DNA of 64,000 nucleotides from a virus (lineage: Duplodnaviria > Caudoviricetes). Each line of letters opens with the position of its first letter. The first letter of the stretch is position 1. Below the pieces are notes generated by a model. The model ran no database searches and was not told where the DNA came from. It saw nothing but the letters and a program-made list of their open reading frames with translations. Both the position numbers and the translations under genes were made by a program. The stretch covers positions 11,168 to 75,167 of IMG/VR virus record IMGVR_UViG_2706795742_000001; one strand, written 5' to 3'. Below, one piece after another: positions 12,501 to 21,092 of the stretch.

Positions 12501-13391
12501 ATCCAGGCGGCGGAAGATACTTCTAATGCGGTCCAGAGCACCACTCAGGCGGTAAATGGCACTACTGGGGCTGTTTACAAGTCCACGGACACGCTTAAGG
12601 GAATGCTTAAGCAGAGCGAGGAACAAACTGCTCAGTTGAAGGCTCTTACCGAGCTTATGACTGCGCTGAGTTCCAGTTCTGCTGGCGGCATTTCGGTGGA
12701 CGAGAACGGCAATGTAAAGGCCAGCTTCGGCGCATTCGCCCCGGCGATGACCGCACTAGCCGGACTGATTACCATGCTGCCCGACGCGGAACCGACTTAT
12801 GTTTCGTGGGCTGGAACCAACGCCGAGGTTTCCGATGAAATGCGTCGAGAGAAGTTGCTCAACGACATTTCCAATTCGAGCAAGGGGCTGTACTACGCAT
12901 TTAAGACCATAGCACCGCCGGTTCTTAAGCACACTGCGATTATCGGTACCGCGCTTGAAAGCCTCATGGCTCAGGATTCCGCTGCATGGAGTTCTGCACT
13001 TGCTGCCATTGCTCAGAATAACCCTGCCGGTTATTTTGTTGCTGTGATTCTGGTGCTTAAGTCCATTCTGGTTATGCTGCCGCTGATTATTAATGCGATC
13101 CTGGACATTGGTCCCGCGATCATTCAGAGCCTCATTGCCTACTTCACTAAGTTTGAACCTGACGCAGTTTATGCGTATGGTTCTTACGAGGCGGCAAACG
13201 ACGCTGTGATTAAGAATCAGACTGCAATCCGTAACGGTGCAACTGGTCCGAATTTTGAGACCACCACCGTTCAGCAGGAGCAGCAGAGCTATAACTTCAA
13301 CTTCTACGGAGACGTTGTGGTTCCGAATGTTACTAATGAGTCCGGTGTTGACAAGTTTGTCAATAACCTTCTTGGACTGGCAGGAGCTTAG
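3573..13391 (+). CDS. tape measure protein with NlpC/P60-like and lytic transglycosylase domains
   Basis: 3272 aa, Ala-rich coiled coil, Trp-periodic repeats; YDCSG...HTAG (~11280-11620) and QESGG...GLMQV...DPMANI (~11920-12240). Confidence 0.97.
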   Translation: MTPAELRILVSVRAADAKKMLGQLTAAMNAIKAKTAEASASIRGFNGTLASSNGTISNTSKNAADLAANLSRVGKSASGVTKVSASAKSANAALAGLEKNSMKAAQNLAAIDKAATRAAAGISRISKSAPEIKALGAAFKGTAADIAAFNAALNKAATAGTRAEKTVGAAGAAAKASGTAAAGAAKGWESMAAAQAASATSARAAATANKAAAAATSTNAASTAAASAAQLTLAERVAKSSEEMRKAGSRAQWAGRQISLMFTAPTALLIGAGTKWILDLQKQQTQLAKVYGDTHDSAAELEKQLNSLQGQFREMSDAYGFSQEEITGIGAAWAQAGKSGQALAEYTRLSTEAMIIGDITAKQAQESMVGLNLQWGLAAKQSKITATEMMSMQDAIAAINTASNQTQVSYADLLTVMSQAGSVAKNAGVSFKETLAMATSITRITGSANKAGNALKSIFTNAMFPTRGRGTDFLKQLGVDLENTEDRALTASQRIERVALNMARLDEQGRITAAAGIFTKWQVNAFAQLGNDIDKARVQLNLWTREITGTEVAGKNLYESLSRLDSIKPGSNAEKAMRALKIEIDDAGYKTMNVNAKFIRFADSLRGLNDEQRRSRIGDIFGETRVSQIDELVKKTNENTEALGNYNRELATLGDKRKNFDSYKKELNTFLESNPQKFKIAGQMIKNSIMDVVIVLLPYIIATAQAIAQMARAFSEMNPTLQKVVIGFMIFLALVGPLAILISSFKVLFGVIGGGMAKLLGFFIVTSKGADGASKSYFRFSAAGKKAAAENRASMTSMTGIIRSGFASIIRSAFNSAASYVRAAFRGAKGSTQAYAQGATATARAVWVSSVQVVNNEAATGARRAQIALNTGRTLLQIENNTGMLRRNAAGAVNFAIVEGEVISGAQRTANQSKTGKQMLALESADGRARRLANQRVNFEIVSTEQVANAKRVANQTRNNGQMLALESASGRQRRMAQTAYAAGVLREDSVTAARRLAIINANNPRLAAAQAAGMQAQARAVAAGGASVVAAQAAVSRKQALVATTGGVTAGAGAANGAKKGFKGKAGGLLTTMLSVFSFLPIGWMKAIGRGFSAIPKAISSGVKSIGPKIGGLFSKLGINSGKTFGQGVMRVLGGKGGWIGAAIGAIVAGVAFAWDDIVKSFNRIFKSDNNIPIFARPFVFSAELIINVIKKLPDVVVAVFKAVVSTIVAAGKAVYKAFSYLNPFQRHSPSLVENVTNGMAVVTSVFADSSKQIQGDIHDAYRAILKFGTATAGLSGKAAGIKRDEDLGELNKADPSGAAANAYKGMEAQTKKLEANSVKLNAAMVRQQKIVDGLKQKLDAADKAIAKVQRSMDQAQKVADAFGKALEFAQSRLDFYANAPIKGMRAMSDAIFENEMAQKRLQLQMMQLEEAGGSIDDITDKYARLQGQIETLSGERAELQQKGAGSDILATYDKMIADLKKQQGEALTGPAAEVEALNKSLDELKRKGEMLDLQNSLQFDPLTRQIQQLVSNEQELDFGTIVAGVQTYKAQVDGLTVAHQTANDVVAAHASVLSVMSDQREALAATYDAEQEKLDGIKTTYDQNRAAIDALESAMNELVSNASTVNQYMDEQKRKMEEAAEKLKNAKDGVDDLKNSLGELGDLDIDPDSLVPEDIGPKLEEKFGDMFKGLGDKFKNFFKELGPKILGWVTGLGKWLLDGLKKLPGEIAKGLSFILGYLIGALAKIASKIGEGFEKGLVWIFTEMPGKIWEWITNIDWSQVWQAISDVFMGIFTNKDDFWGKIGSWIIDGLLGGIWNAIQNIGQWIMDNIITPFMNGIKEGWGIASPSTVMAEIGMWLIEGFLGGLVNNFFKLVTWFTELPGKLIAAMGDLGKWIGDKFSQALAWIRDKLPEWAQGVFDFFKNLPSNIIEKLGDLKKWIGDKFHEALDWLRDKLPSWADPILNFFENLPNLIGKALDTIKEKAKTPINFVIGTVYNNGIRRIWNNTAGKVGLPEMAEVQQLAKGGNVAGRVVGPGTGTSDSIFTSAAPGTEIFTAREVANAGGFSGLERLLSQRGVRGFAAPSGTGAPVALSNGEFAATPAMVAQLGGTNAVKAIRAQLAGGGIPQHGLGDMVSAVTSLPGKAVDKVVDTGRSVAGEGVDALMSALEKTIPDVLTPPGGDIGKLPKGFFNAVRVKVVDTIKGHAGGGTVARFAGGGTTSSASPAAGGAATGASAGAAGAGSGGVDLGTGTGLAQAVAGSTDAAAQIWEAYYQEIETAQVASNTVMQTQQLMADTVMLAQQAASITGMTVNADTYRATEGTNSLLFQQTQATNDLAHKAVLNSQLSTFTSAQGSTWGSFRSNLDKITTDMQADVTTNFNELGANIEEVVMRQITPTIETFDPLLNTAIGWFGSASDDIGQMWAQTLPKVQDPTRSIINDVYNNGVRVAWSKVHTWLDLPELEQFTAGFAEGGAPGFGGNMVPLSSLSNPNNPRSIKNGGPLKAASGSRDSTLFAGMRGEYVMSKKMVEGAGGIGNLEAWRKAVNTGVRPVETGGTINFDAVPGFAAGGLVARPENQEVPGVIQQVPEILKPYYNRVYDYGGGGEGGRGYDCSGWTGAVHQILNGASHVGRIWSTEVNFSSFGYKRGNDGYWSMGVHNGGGGMNSHTAGTLAGVNYESGGAHNTSTWGGPAAGTINSQFENQYYLPSLGGKFIGTPGGNGMSVAITPMLLEMWDKHMDTIKPGIEGLGLGGTIGKNPMAAFDKFNLLRGVVEKKGEEKDAAAAVAAAANYGQGAPGSYGGGVERWRSVVQEALQMVGQPKSYDEITLRRMNQESGGDPQAINLWDSNAAAGTPSKGLMQVIDPTFQANRHPALPNNIWDPMANIVASMRYTLGRYGSLPAGYNRAGGYDKGGWLEPGITQAINLTGKREAVLTNTDWKAVYKAAMKPAVDAKMIAEGYIAAMEKVYGVNISKKVGDVQAQAVEWALEGQNATWNPQIIQAAEDTSNAVQSTTQAVNGTTGAVYKSTDTLKGMLKQSEEQTAQLKALTELMTALSSSSAGGISVDENGNVKASFGAFAPAMTALAGLITMLPDAEPTYVSWAGTNAEVSDEMRREKLLNDISNSSKGLYYAFKTIAPPVLKHTAIIGTALESLMAQDSAAWSSALAAIAQNNPAGYFVAVILVLKSILVMLPLIINAILDIGPAIIQSLIAYFTKFEPDAVYAYGSYEAANDAVIKNQTAIRNGATGPNFETTTVQQEQQSYNFNFYGDVVVPNVTNESGVDKFVNNLLGLAGA

Positions 13392-13393
13392 AA

Positions 13394-15973
13394 ATGGGTA
13401 GATATAACTGGCGACCGAATGTTGCCGCCGCCATTGACTACGGAAACGTAGACACTGACGGTTCAGGCACGGTCCTTGGTGATAATAATGACAGCACTCA
13501 GAAGAAGTATTTTTCTGACGCTGGCTCTATCCTGACATTCGTTTTGCCAGCCCCCAGCGTGATCCCACTCGGCCGCGAGATTATCGCGGTTCGAGTGGGA
13601 CACCGGCAAAAGAATGACCTGCTGTTGTTCAACGGCTGGCCGCGGACTTATTTGCGTTATGAGGGCCGAAAGCAAGCAAATACTGTAGCGTACAAGCAGG
13701 ACGGATATTCCGGCTCTGCTCGTGAGGTTTTGGGTGCAGCGCTATATAATAAGAATCTACAGCCCTGGGGATGGACTGAGATTGAAAATATGGGCGCAGA
13801 GACCGGCGCTGCTGTTGGCGATATTGGCCCCAATCGGAAAAATCGCTGGTGTGTTGTTACAGAGGTTTTCATTCAGCTAGTTTGGAATGATCCGGTTCCA
13901 ATTCCGTCTCAGCCTCATCCTGCAAATAACCAGACAATTGACACTAGCTCCGTTCAATTTAGTGCCGTTCATCCGGCACCGCAGGACGAACAGCCTGTGC
14001 AGACCGTTTTTCAGGTCTCGCGGGTTAATACGTTTGACGACGACGATGTTCGCACATTTATCGGCGGATTGAACGGTAGTGTTGATCCAAATTCGCGTAG
14101 CTACTATGTCAGTGATCCGCTTAGGGATAATGGCAGTTACACGAATCTCGGTCCCGGCACTTGGTACCTTCGTACCAAGGGCCGGGATTTCCGGGGTTAT
14201 GAATCTGACTGGTCGGAAACCACGAGCTTTAATATCGTTCATGGTCCACTTCCTACGCCTTCATTGACCGACCCGACTAGCGGGAGCACAATTAATACGC
14301 CTTACCGTACGCGGAGGGCGCGTATTGACGTGCAACCGTCGGGCGGTCGGCGCGTGGGTGTTACTTGGCAATTCTCTACCGAGTCGGATTTCTCTGACAA
14401 TATCGTTCAGTGGACGAATAGCGAAGGCGGAACATTTGTAGCCAGCGCCGGATTCCCGTTCGACATTTCCTATAATCCGCAGCCTAATCCCTCTATAACC
14501 AGCGGGGGTAAGGGTGGTTCTGTCGGCGTTCTCGATCCCTCGCAGTACCTCGCACAGGGGACGTGGTACGCGCGGGTGCGCTGCACCGACGTATGGGACC
14601 AGTCCGGGGCGTGGTCGGACCCGATCACGTTCGCCGTCGTCCATCCTCCGGTTCCGGTGAATTTGATCCCGAATGGCGGGGCGAGCTTCGACCAGGAAAC
14701 CGCACCTGTTCGTTGGGGATTTACTGATCCGTGGGCAAATGACTATCAGACCAGTTATCGTATGCGTGTTTATGACGCGAGTAGCAATCTGATTCAGGAC
14801 ACCGGAAAAACGCTTAGCGGTGTGAACCGTGGAATTATGAGCGTTAATAAGGTGACCCATCATCGACAAATGCTCACCGTGGCGGTCGATGTTTGGGACG
14901 CCGACGACGTTGGCTCCGCACCCGAAAATCAGCTTGTTGGTACTTGTCGGCTGAGCACTGCTCCTATTATTGTTGTCCTGTTCCCGGATGATATGGAGCA
15001 AATTGCTAGCGGTCAGCCCGTGTTTAGCTGGTCTTGCACTTATGCTGCACCTGGAATTACTCAGAAGAGTTTCCGTATTCGCGTCACAGATATGGCTACC
15101 GGAAAGCTAATGTATGATTCTGGTGAGGTATTCAGTGTTACCGAAGAGCATATGCCGACTCGACCAATTCTTAAGAATCTTGCCGGTTATCAGCTCAGTC
15201 TGACTGTCACTGATTCTGAGGATTTGTCGCGTACAGTTCACCGTAATTTCTCAACGAATTTTGACCGTCCAGAAGTTGTGTTCGCTGACGTTGATTACTC
15301 TGTGTATCAGGAAAATGGCTACTGCGATATTTCGTGGCCGACCGGAAACCCTGATCCGTTCTTTAAGGAGTGGCGAGTTTACCGCAAGCGTTTTGGTGAC
15401 ACCGACGATGAATATGTGTTGGCCGGAACCGTAGAGGATATTAACACCCTTGCATTTAGGGACTGGCTTATCGCCGGCAATGACAAGTTCGTTTATTCGG
15501 TGGTCCAGGTTGCATATCGCTACGGCTCTCCCGTTGAATCTGAGCATAATCCGACGTTGCCGTTCTTCATTTTTTCGGACAGCTACTGGTTGATTATTCC
15601 GGACAATGACCAGCTTAATATCAAAGTCAACAACGTCACTGGTGATCGGTTTACTGATAACCGTGAAATGGCTGATATTAACATTATCGGTGGCGGGCGT
15701 CGTAGAATCTATGGCACCCGTTACGGCAAGTCTGGCAACCTTTCTATCCAGGTTCGCCATAGTCAAAAGATGAGCGCCACAAAGTTCATTGAAAAGCTGT
15801 GGAATGTTTGTGACGAGAACATTGCAGTTTATATGCGCGATCCATTTGGAAACGTGACGCTTATTGCAATTGGCGAGCCGAGCTTGGACAGAATGGCTGG
15901 CGTCGGCGAATCCGAATTCGGTGACGTTGACTTGCCATACATGGCTGTTGGTAGTATCGAAGACAGCATTTAA
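13394..15973 (+). CDS. minor tail protein with FN3/Ig-like repeats
   Basis: 859 aa directly after TMP; repeated W-Y-x-R-x-K/R...SxWS FN3-like strands. Confidence 0.85.
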   Translation: MGRYNWRPNVAAAIDYGNVDTDGSGTVLGDNNDSTQKKYFSDAGSILTFVLPAPSVIPLGREIIAVRVGHRQKNDLLLFNGWPRTYLRYEGRKQANTVAYKQDGYSGSAREVLGAALYNKNLQPWGWTEIENMGAETGAAVGDIGPNRKNRWCVVTEVFIQLVWNDPVPIPSQPHPANNQTIDTSSVQFSAVHPAPQDEQPVQTVFQVSRVNTFDDDDVRTFIGGLNGSVDPNSRSYYVSDPLRDNGSYTNLGPGTWYLRTKGRDFRGYESDWSETTSFNIVHGPLPTPSLTDPTSGSTINTPYRTRRARIDVQPSGGRRVGVTWQFSTESDFSDNIVQWTNSEGGTFVASAGFPFDISYNPQPNPSITSGGKGGSVGVLDPSQYLAQGTWYARVRCTDVWDQSGAWSDPITFAVVHPPVPVNLIPNGGASFDQETAPVRWGFTDPWANDYQTSYRMRVYDASSNLIQDTGKTLSGVNRGIMSVNKVTHHRQMLTVAVDVWDADDVGSAPENQLVGTCRLSTAPIIVVLFPDDMEQIASGQPVFSWSCTYAAPGITQKSFRIRVTDMATGKLMYDSGEVFSVTEEHMPTRPILKNLAGYQLSLTVTDSEDLSRTVHRNFSTNFDRPEVVFADVDYSVYQENGYCDISWPTGNPDPFFKEWRVYRKRFGDTDDEYVLAGTVEDINTLAFRDWLIAGNDKFVYSVVQVAYRYGSPVESEHNPTLPFFIFSDSYWLIIPDNDQLNIKVNNVTGDRFTDNREMADINIIGGGRRRIYGTRYGKSGNLSIQVRHSQKMSATKFIEKLWNVCDENIAVYMRDPFGNVTLIAIGEPSLDRMAGVGESEFGDVDLPYMAVGSIEDSI

Positions 15974-15992
15974 GTAGAGAAAGAGAAGGGCA

Positions 15993-17726
15993 ATGCCGCA
16001 CCCGCCTAACCGCCTTATTGAAGAGGCATTTCTCGCTCCGACGGTTGAGCTTATCCGTCGAATCGAGATTTACGAGCAGGATGGAAAAACACCTTGGGAG
16101 CCGGAGGCATGGAAGCATATTCTCGTTGGCGGGAGCGTGAACATTGATTACAGCAATGATTCTCGACGCTCGCTTGACGTGGAGCTTTTCAATTACAAGG
16201 ACAAGCTGACACCGGGGCCAGAGAAGTTTTGGTACGACAAGGTAATCAAGGCTTATGTTGGAATTGTTACTCACAAAGAAGACGAGGCGGTTTCGCCTAA
16301 GATTCTCATTGTTGAGGAAAATTCTGCAACGAATCAGGCTCTCATTTTGAAGAACCTGCTTCATGCCGCAGGTTGCCAATTTGTTGACTACGATCCGCTA
16401 ACCGAGAATATATCTGAGATTCAGGACTACGACATTATCGTGTCAATTTCTGGAACTCATAGCCTGAAACTCGAACTGATTACCTTGGCATATCAGACTG
16501 GCAAATCGGTTCTTAGTTTTGGTCTGGATAGCACGTCGGCCCAGTTGCCAATGATTATTGGCTCAACTGGGCCGGTCCAGGCCGATCACGATATTCGTCA
16601 TTTCGAGAATGATGAGCTTGACGATCCCATTAGCACTGGCTGGGATGAATGGAATATCATTGATCCGCGTCCGTATCGTCCCATTGTTTCAACTCCTGGA
16701 AAGGTTGTCGCTGTAGAGAATGCCAATACTTTTGGCTACGGTTCCATTATGATTCAGGGCCAGGAAACTGGTGTATGGATTCATACTCAAATGGCCGACT
16801 TCGACAAATTTGAAACTAATGACGATCGGGATGGGTTTATTTCTTATTTGGCTAGTGTTGTCTATCGCGCGGATACTTATGACGTTGAGGCAACATGGGA
16901 GACGCAAGTAGGCGAGTTTATACCGGAGAACATTTCTGACTCTGGTGATGTAATCACCGAGTCCATTAATGTCACGGCCCTGGATTACTCAAAGCGTTGC
17001 AAGCAAAGTAAGTTCTCAAAAGCCACTATGTTCACCGAGGATCAGCGTATTGTTGATGTGATTAGGATTCTTGCTGCAAATGCTGGAATCTTTAAGCACA
17101 AGCTGCCTGAAACTTTGCCGACCGTTCTGGGTAAAGATACAACCTGGGAGCGCGACGCCGAGCGGTGGGCGGTAATGAGCGACATTGCTACAGCGAATAA
17201 TTATGACCTGTGGTTTGACGCGGAAGGCTTTCTCCGACTCACGCCCCAGTCGGACCCGCTTCTCACTCCGTCAACCTTGTCACTTAATACCGGACCTCGT
17301 GGAAATCTGGTGAGTAGAGGAAGAAAGACTTCTGACGCAAGTCTGTTTAATCATATTACCGTTGTTGGCGAGTCGAGCGATAAGAACCTGCCGCTGGTAT
17401 TCGGTGAGGCAATTAACAATGATCCTGCGTCGCCCAGTTCGATTCAGAATATTGGTGATCGCGTCAAGAATATCAACAACAATCTGATTACCAGCACTCA
17501 ACAGGCTCAGGAAATCGCTGATGTGATGTTGAGTATTGCCGCGCTTGAAGAGTTTGAACTGGACTTCACCAGCCTTTTGCTTCCGTGGATCGAGGCTGGT
17601 GAGGTTCTGGAAATGAAAGAATCCGACGCCGGGTGGGCACCCGCTCGGTATTTGATTACCAGTCTAAGCATTCCATTGGATTTGTCCCCGATGAGCGGAA
17701 ACGGAAAGCGAGTTACTAAGCTATGA
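15993..17726 (+). CDS. minor tail protein (baseplate hub/Tal-like)
   Basis: 577 aa; ALDYSK...WFDAEG...FNHITVVG hub-like motifs. Confidence 0.8.
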   Translation: MPHPPNRLIEEAFLAPTVELIRRIEIYEQDGKTPWEPEAWKHILVGGSVNIDYSNDSRRSLDVELFNYKDKLTPGPEKFWYDKVIKAYVGIVTHKEDEAVSPKILIVEENSATNQALILKNLLHAAGCQFVDYDPLTENISEIQDYDIIVSISGTHSLKLELITLAYQTGKSVLSFGLDSTSAQLPMIIGSTGPVQADHDIRHFENDELDDPISTGWDEWNIIDPRPYRPIVSTPGKVVAVENANTFGYGSIMIQGQETGVWIHTQMADFDKFETNDDRDGFISYLASVVYRADTYDVEATWETQVGEFIPENISDSGDVITESINVTALDYSKRCKQSKFSKATMFTEDQRIVDVIRILAANAGIFKHKLPETLPTVLGKDTTWERDAERWAVMSDIATANNYDLWFDAEGFLRLTPQSDPLLTPSTLSLNTGPRGNLVSRGRKTSDASLFNHITVVGESSDKNLPLVFGEAINNDPASPSSIQNIGDRVKNINNNLITSTQQAQEIADVMLSIAALEEFELDFTSLLLPWIEAGEVLEMKESDAGWAPARYLITSLSIPLDLSPMSGNGKRVTKL

Positions 17727-19570
17727 GCGCACTTTCTGATCTTGCAACCGCACAGGGGATTGATCGGTACGTTGAGAAAAAGGTCAGCACTGAGCTTATT
17801 CGTCAGCGACCCGCTCCGCGATACGCAACTGTTGTCGGTATTGATACCGATAGCAAAATTGCAGAAGTTTCATTCGTTGGGGAAGACTCTGTAGTCAAGG
17901 TTCCATATACCAATATCGCGCCTAGTGAGATTGGTCAGGAGGTACGAATTGAGGGGATTCCTGGTGACAGGTATATTACCGCAATTCGTGGACTGTCTGC
18001 CGATGAGAATAAGATTCTCGATCTTGGTGAAAATCTTGAACTGACAAAGAATGACATTGCCGCAGCGCTTCAAGGCGATTATGCTGGTGATGATCCAATT
18101 CTGGGTCAAATCAAGGATTGGGCAGAGGGGATTCTTGGCGGTGGAGTTGGTGAATTTATTGGTTCAATTTTCACTGGCGGCGGACTGTTTAATCTCGGTC
18201 AGCTTACCAACAAGCCGATTAACCTGATTAGCTACACTGGTGAATTTGATCTTTCAAATACCGTCAAGACTGGCGAAGGTTGGTCTTGGGACGAAAATGA
18301 AGGTCACACAAATCCGGGCTCAGCTAAATTCACCGCGTCAGAAGCAGTTGGCGGCGTTCTTACTCCGCCGCGACCTGCTCGTGTTGAGCCAGGCAAAACT
18401 TATCCGGTAGAGGCTTTCTTGAAGTGGCAAGATATTGTAGCCACTGGTGAGGCATTCTCTATTGATATTACCTGGTACCGTCGTGACAGAACTCAAATTA
18501 GCACCACGGTTGCCGCAAGCATTTCTGATCCGGCTAGCTCGGCTGATTGGTATAAGCTAACTGGCAATGTGATTGCACCGGAAGACGCATTTTGGGCCGC
18601 GGTATTCTTTCGGGTTGGCCCGTTAGTTACTGCTGGTTATGTCTGGTTTGACGACGTTGGTATTTTTGCCAATCAGGCCAGCTTGCCTCAGATTCTTATT
18701 GCTAACCTTCCGGAAGATTTGCAGAATCTTTTTGGCTGGCTAGAGGCTCTGGTTAACCAGCTACTAGGCGCTTTGAGTATTCCCGCACTTGGCACGCTGT
18801 TTGATAAAATAGCCGACTTGTCGGATGAGATTGAATCATGGTTCGGTAATACTGAATCACTTGCTGGCGATTTCTTTGACCTGGTTAATAATCTCATCAG
18901 TAACCCGGTTGCAGTTCTTGGTGCAATTCCGCAGACTCTGGTTACCGGGCTTCCCTCGGCGCTGACTGATTTTCTTTCGATGTTCGGCCAGTTCTCTGAT
19001 ATTTCTCAGGGAATTCCCACAATTCCAATTAACAGCCTTGTTCAGGGCTTCAAGGATGGATGGGGAAACCGCGACTCTGAGATTGCTGATCTGCAAGATA
19101 AAACGCAGGCGCTCGAAGGCGTTAAGGGTTACCGGGCGACATATATGCCCATCGGCTCCGGAACTACCCCAGTTGGAAACTGGAAATGGCTAGGCTTCAC
19201 CGCGACAGTAGGACCGTCTGTGGGTACTACTGTCACCTCAGAGGGAATGATCGTACTTCACTCGAAAGGTCTCTGGCGTGCTGATACGCAGGTCTACTTT
19301 TCCTGGGAAGCCGTGCTTGATGTTATCGAGGTTGAAATCGTTGTGTTTGACGAATTCGGCGTGGCATTTGGAAAGCGCTCCCTTAAGCTAAAGACTGGTA
19401 CTGGTACTAATTCTCAATACACAGCGACTTGTAATTATACATTTGTCGTGCCACGTCCAGGATTTGGTGTGCGAGTTCAAGCTAGAACTGACGCGCTTGG
19501 TCGAGAAATTCTTACCGGATTGCAGTACACTTCGTTTACTGTAAACAAGTGGTCTAGCGAAACGGAATGA
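17723..19570 (+). CDS. minor tail protein with carbohydrate-binding-like domain
   Basis: 615 aa; CBM4/9-like segment (GEFD...W...WYKLTG...WFDDV); ATGA overlap. Confidence 0.8.
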   Translation: MSALSDLATAQGIDRYVEKKVSTELIRQRPAPRYATVVGIDTDSKIAEVSFVGEDSVVKVPYTNIAPSEIGQEVRIEGIPGDRYITAIRGLSADENKILDLGENLELTKNDIAAALQGDYAGDDPILGQIKDWAEGILGGGVGEFIGSIFTGGGLFNLGQLTNKPINLISYTGEFDLSNTVKTGEGWSWDENEGHTNPGSAKFTASEAVGGVLTPPRPARVEPGKTYPVEAFLKWQDIVATGEAFSIDITWYRRDRTQISTTVAASISDPASSADWYKLTGNVIAPEDAFWAAVFFRVGPLVTAGYVWFDDVGIFANQASLPQILIANLPEDLQNLFGWLEALVNQLLGALSIPALGTLFDKIADLSDEIESWFGNTESLAGDFFDLVNNLISNPVAVLGAIPQTLVTGLPSALTDFLSMFGQFSDISQGIPTIPINSLVQGFKDGWGNRDSEIADLQDKTQALEGVKGYRATYMPIGSGTTPVGNWKWLGFTATVGPSVGTTVTSEGMIVLHSKGLWRADTQVYFSWEAVLDVIEVEIVVFDEFGVAFGKRSLKLKTGTGTNSQYTATCNYTFVVPRPGFGVRVQARTDALGREILTGLQYTSFTVNKWSSETE

Positions 19571-19573
19571 GTC

Positions 19574-20611
19574 ATGGCATTTTGGGACGAAGTATCTGAG
19601 GGGGAATGGGGTCCTAATCCCATATTTCCAAAGAGTCAGGGAACATGGATTCCTGCAAGTCTATTTACTATGGCTCAAAATCTGAATATCGACCCTGTAG
19701 TTACGCTGACAATGATTGCCAATATTGCAAATGATCTAGATATTGAAGTGACTCCGCAAACGGATATTATTTCAATTCTAATGATCGGCGCAGAAAGGCA
19801 GGCAAGCCTTGTAGCTGATTCCAGCATTAATGTGATACTGGGGCTGCATGTTCATGCAGAATGGCTTATTGAGTCCGCTGTAGATATTTCCAGGCGCGAC
19901 AATCTCACTGTGGAGCTTATGGCTAGTATTTCCGGAAATACTGATATCGCATTACTTCAAAAGCTCGCTGTAGAGCAGGGGCTATTGCAGATCACTGAGA
20001 CTGGAATTAATTACGTCGGTCCGCAGACAATGGGAACCGAGACAAGCGTAAATGCTGTTACTGGAATGATTTCCATATCAGCACTGGCACCGAGCTTGGC
20101 GGCTACAATTGATCCGGTATCGGCATTTCAGTATATTGGTTCATTGCAGCTTGCATTAAATGCTACAGCTGCAATGAACACGGAACTTGAAATGATTCCT
20201 GGTCAGCCGGTTTATGGAATCATTAAGACAAATACTACTACTGGTTCTGGAACTTCATATAACACGCTGACTGGAATGGTTGCGGATTCAAACTATCCGT
20301 TTACTCAGATTTCCGCTGGTGCTGCATTGGAAATTCCGTCTGGTGTTTCACCTTATGTTGCATATGTCAGAGCAGAGGTTCCGCATACGGGCGGCACGGC
20401 ACCGCGATATGGTCAGACTCGAATTATGAGAAATGGATCAGAAGCGGCTACCGGATCGCAGCAAACAGCCAGCCCCGGAACGTCTAGTGCCGAATGGATT
20501 GGAACAGTTTCCGCAGGAGACTACTTCGTTATTCATTGGCGCGGAGAGGGAAACTTCTTCAATAGACCAGTTGCACAGCCTGGTGCATTTCTCAGAGTTC
20601 ATCCGTACTAG
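19574..20611 (+). CDS. minor tail protein
   Basis: 345 aa within tail module. Confidence 0.7.
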   Translation: MAFWDEVSEGEWGPNPIFPKSQGTWIPASLFTMAQNLNIDPVVTLTMIANIANDLDIEVTPQTDIISILMIGAERQASLVADSSINVILGLHVHAEWLIESAVDISRRDNLTVELMASISGNTDIALLQKLAVEQGLLQITETGINYVGPQTMGTETSVNAVTGMISISALAPSLAATIDPVSAFQYIGSLQLALNATAAMNTELEMIPGQPVYGIIKTNTTTGSGTSYNTLTGMVADSNYPFTQISAGAALEIPSGVSPYVAYVRAEVPHTGGTAPRYGQTRIMRNGSEAATGSQQTASPGTSSAEWIGTVSAGDYFVIHWRGEGNFFNRPVAQPGAFLRVHPY

Positions 20612-20632
20612 ATTTAATCAAGGAGAAATAAA

Positions 20633-21016
20633 ATGCCTGTCGGTATTTCCAATTACCTGTCCAATAAGATTCTCGATCATGTGTGCCGCAATACCGCATA
20701 CACCCCACCGGCCACCGTTTACGCGCGAATTCATACCGGGCAACCGGGCGCGGCGGGCACGTCAAATGGCAGTTCGATTACTACACGAATTGCAACCACG
20801 TTCGCCGCCGCTGCTGCTGGTCAAATTGCCATGAGCAATACGCCTGAATTCACGCTTTCCGGTAATGAAACAATTACTCATGTTTCATTCTGGGACGCTG
20901 CTACAGGCGGTAACTTTCTCTGGTCCAGCCAGGCGACTACAGCCAAGAGCGGCGGAAATGGCGACATTATCCGAATCTCTACGAATACGCTGAGTCTCGG
21001 ACCAATCGCTTCGTAG
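20633..21016 (+). CDS. small minor tail protein
   Basis: 127 aa; LSNKILDH...YARIHTGQPG...FWDAATGGNFL motif common in actinophage tail modules; AAGGAG RBS. Confidence 0.75.
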   Translation: MPVGISNYLSNKILDHVCRNTAYTPPATVYARIHTGQPGAAGTSNGSSITTRIATTFAAAAAGQIAMSNTPEFTLSGNETITHVSFWDAATGGNFLWSSQATTAKSGGNGDIIRISTNTLSLGPIAS

Positions 21017-21027
21017 AGCCGAATATA

Positions 21028-21066
21028 GACTTAGCACCCCTTTACCTCGTGAAGGGGTGCTAAGTC
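21028..21066. terminator. 15-bp hairpin between tail and lysis modules
   Basis: gacttagcacccctt ... aaggggtgctaagtc. Confidence 0.7.
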
Positions 21067-21092
21067 GCATGAACTAACGATAGGATGAGCGC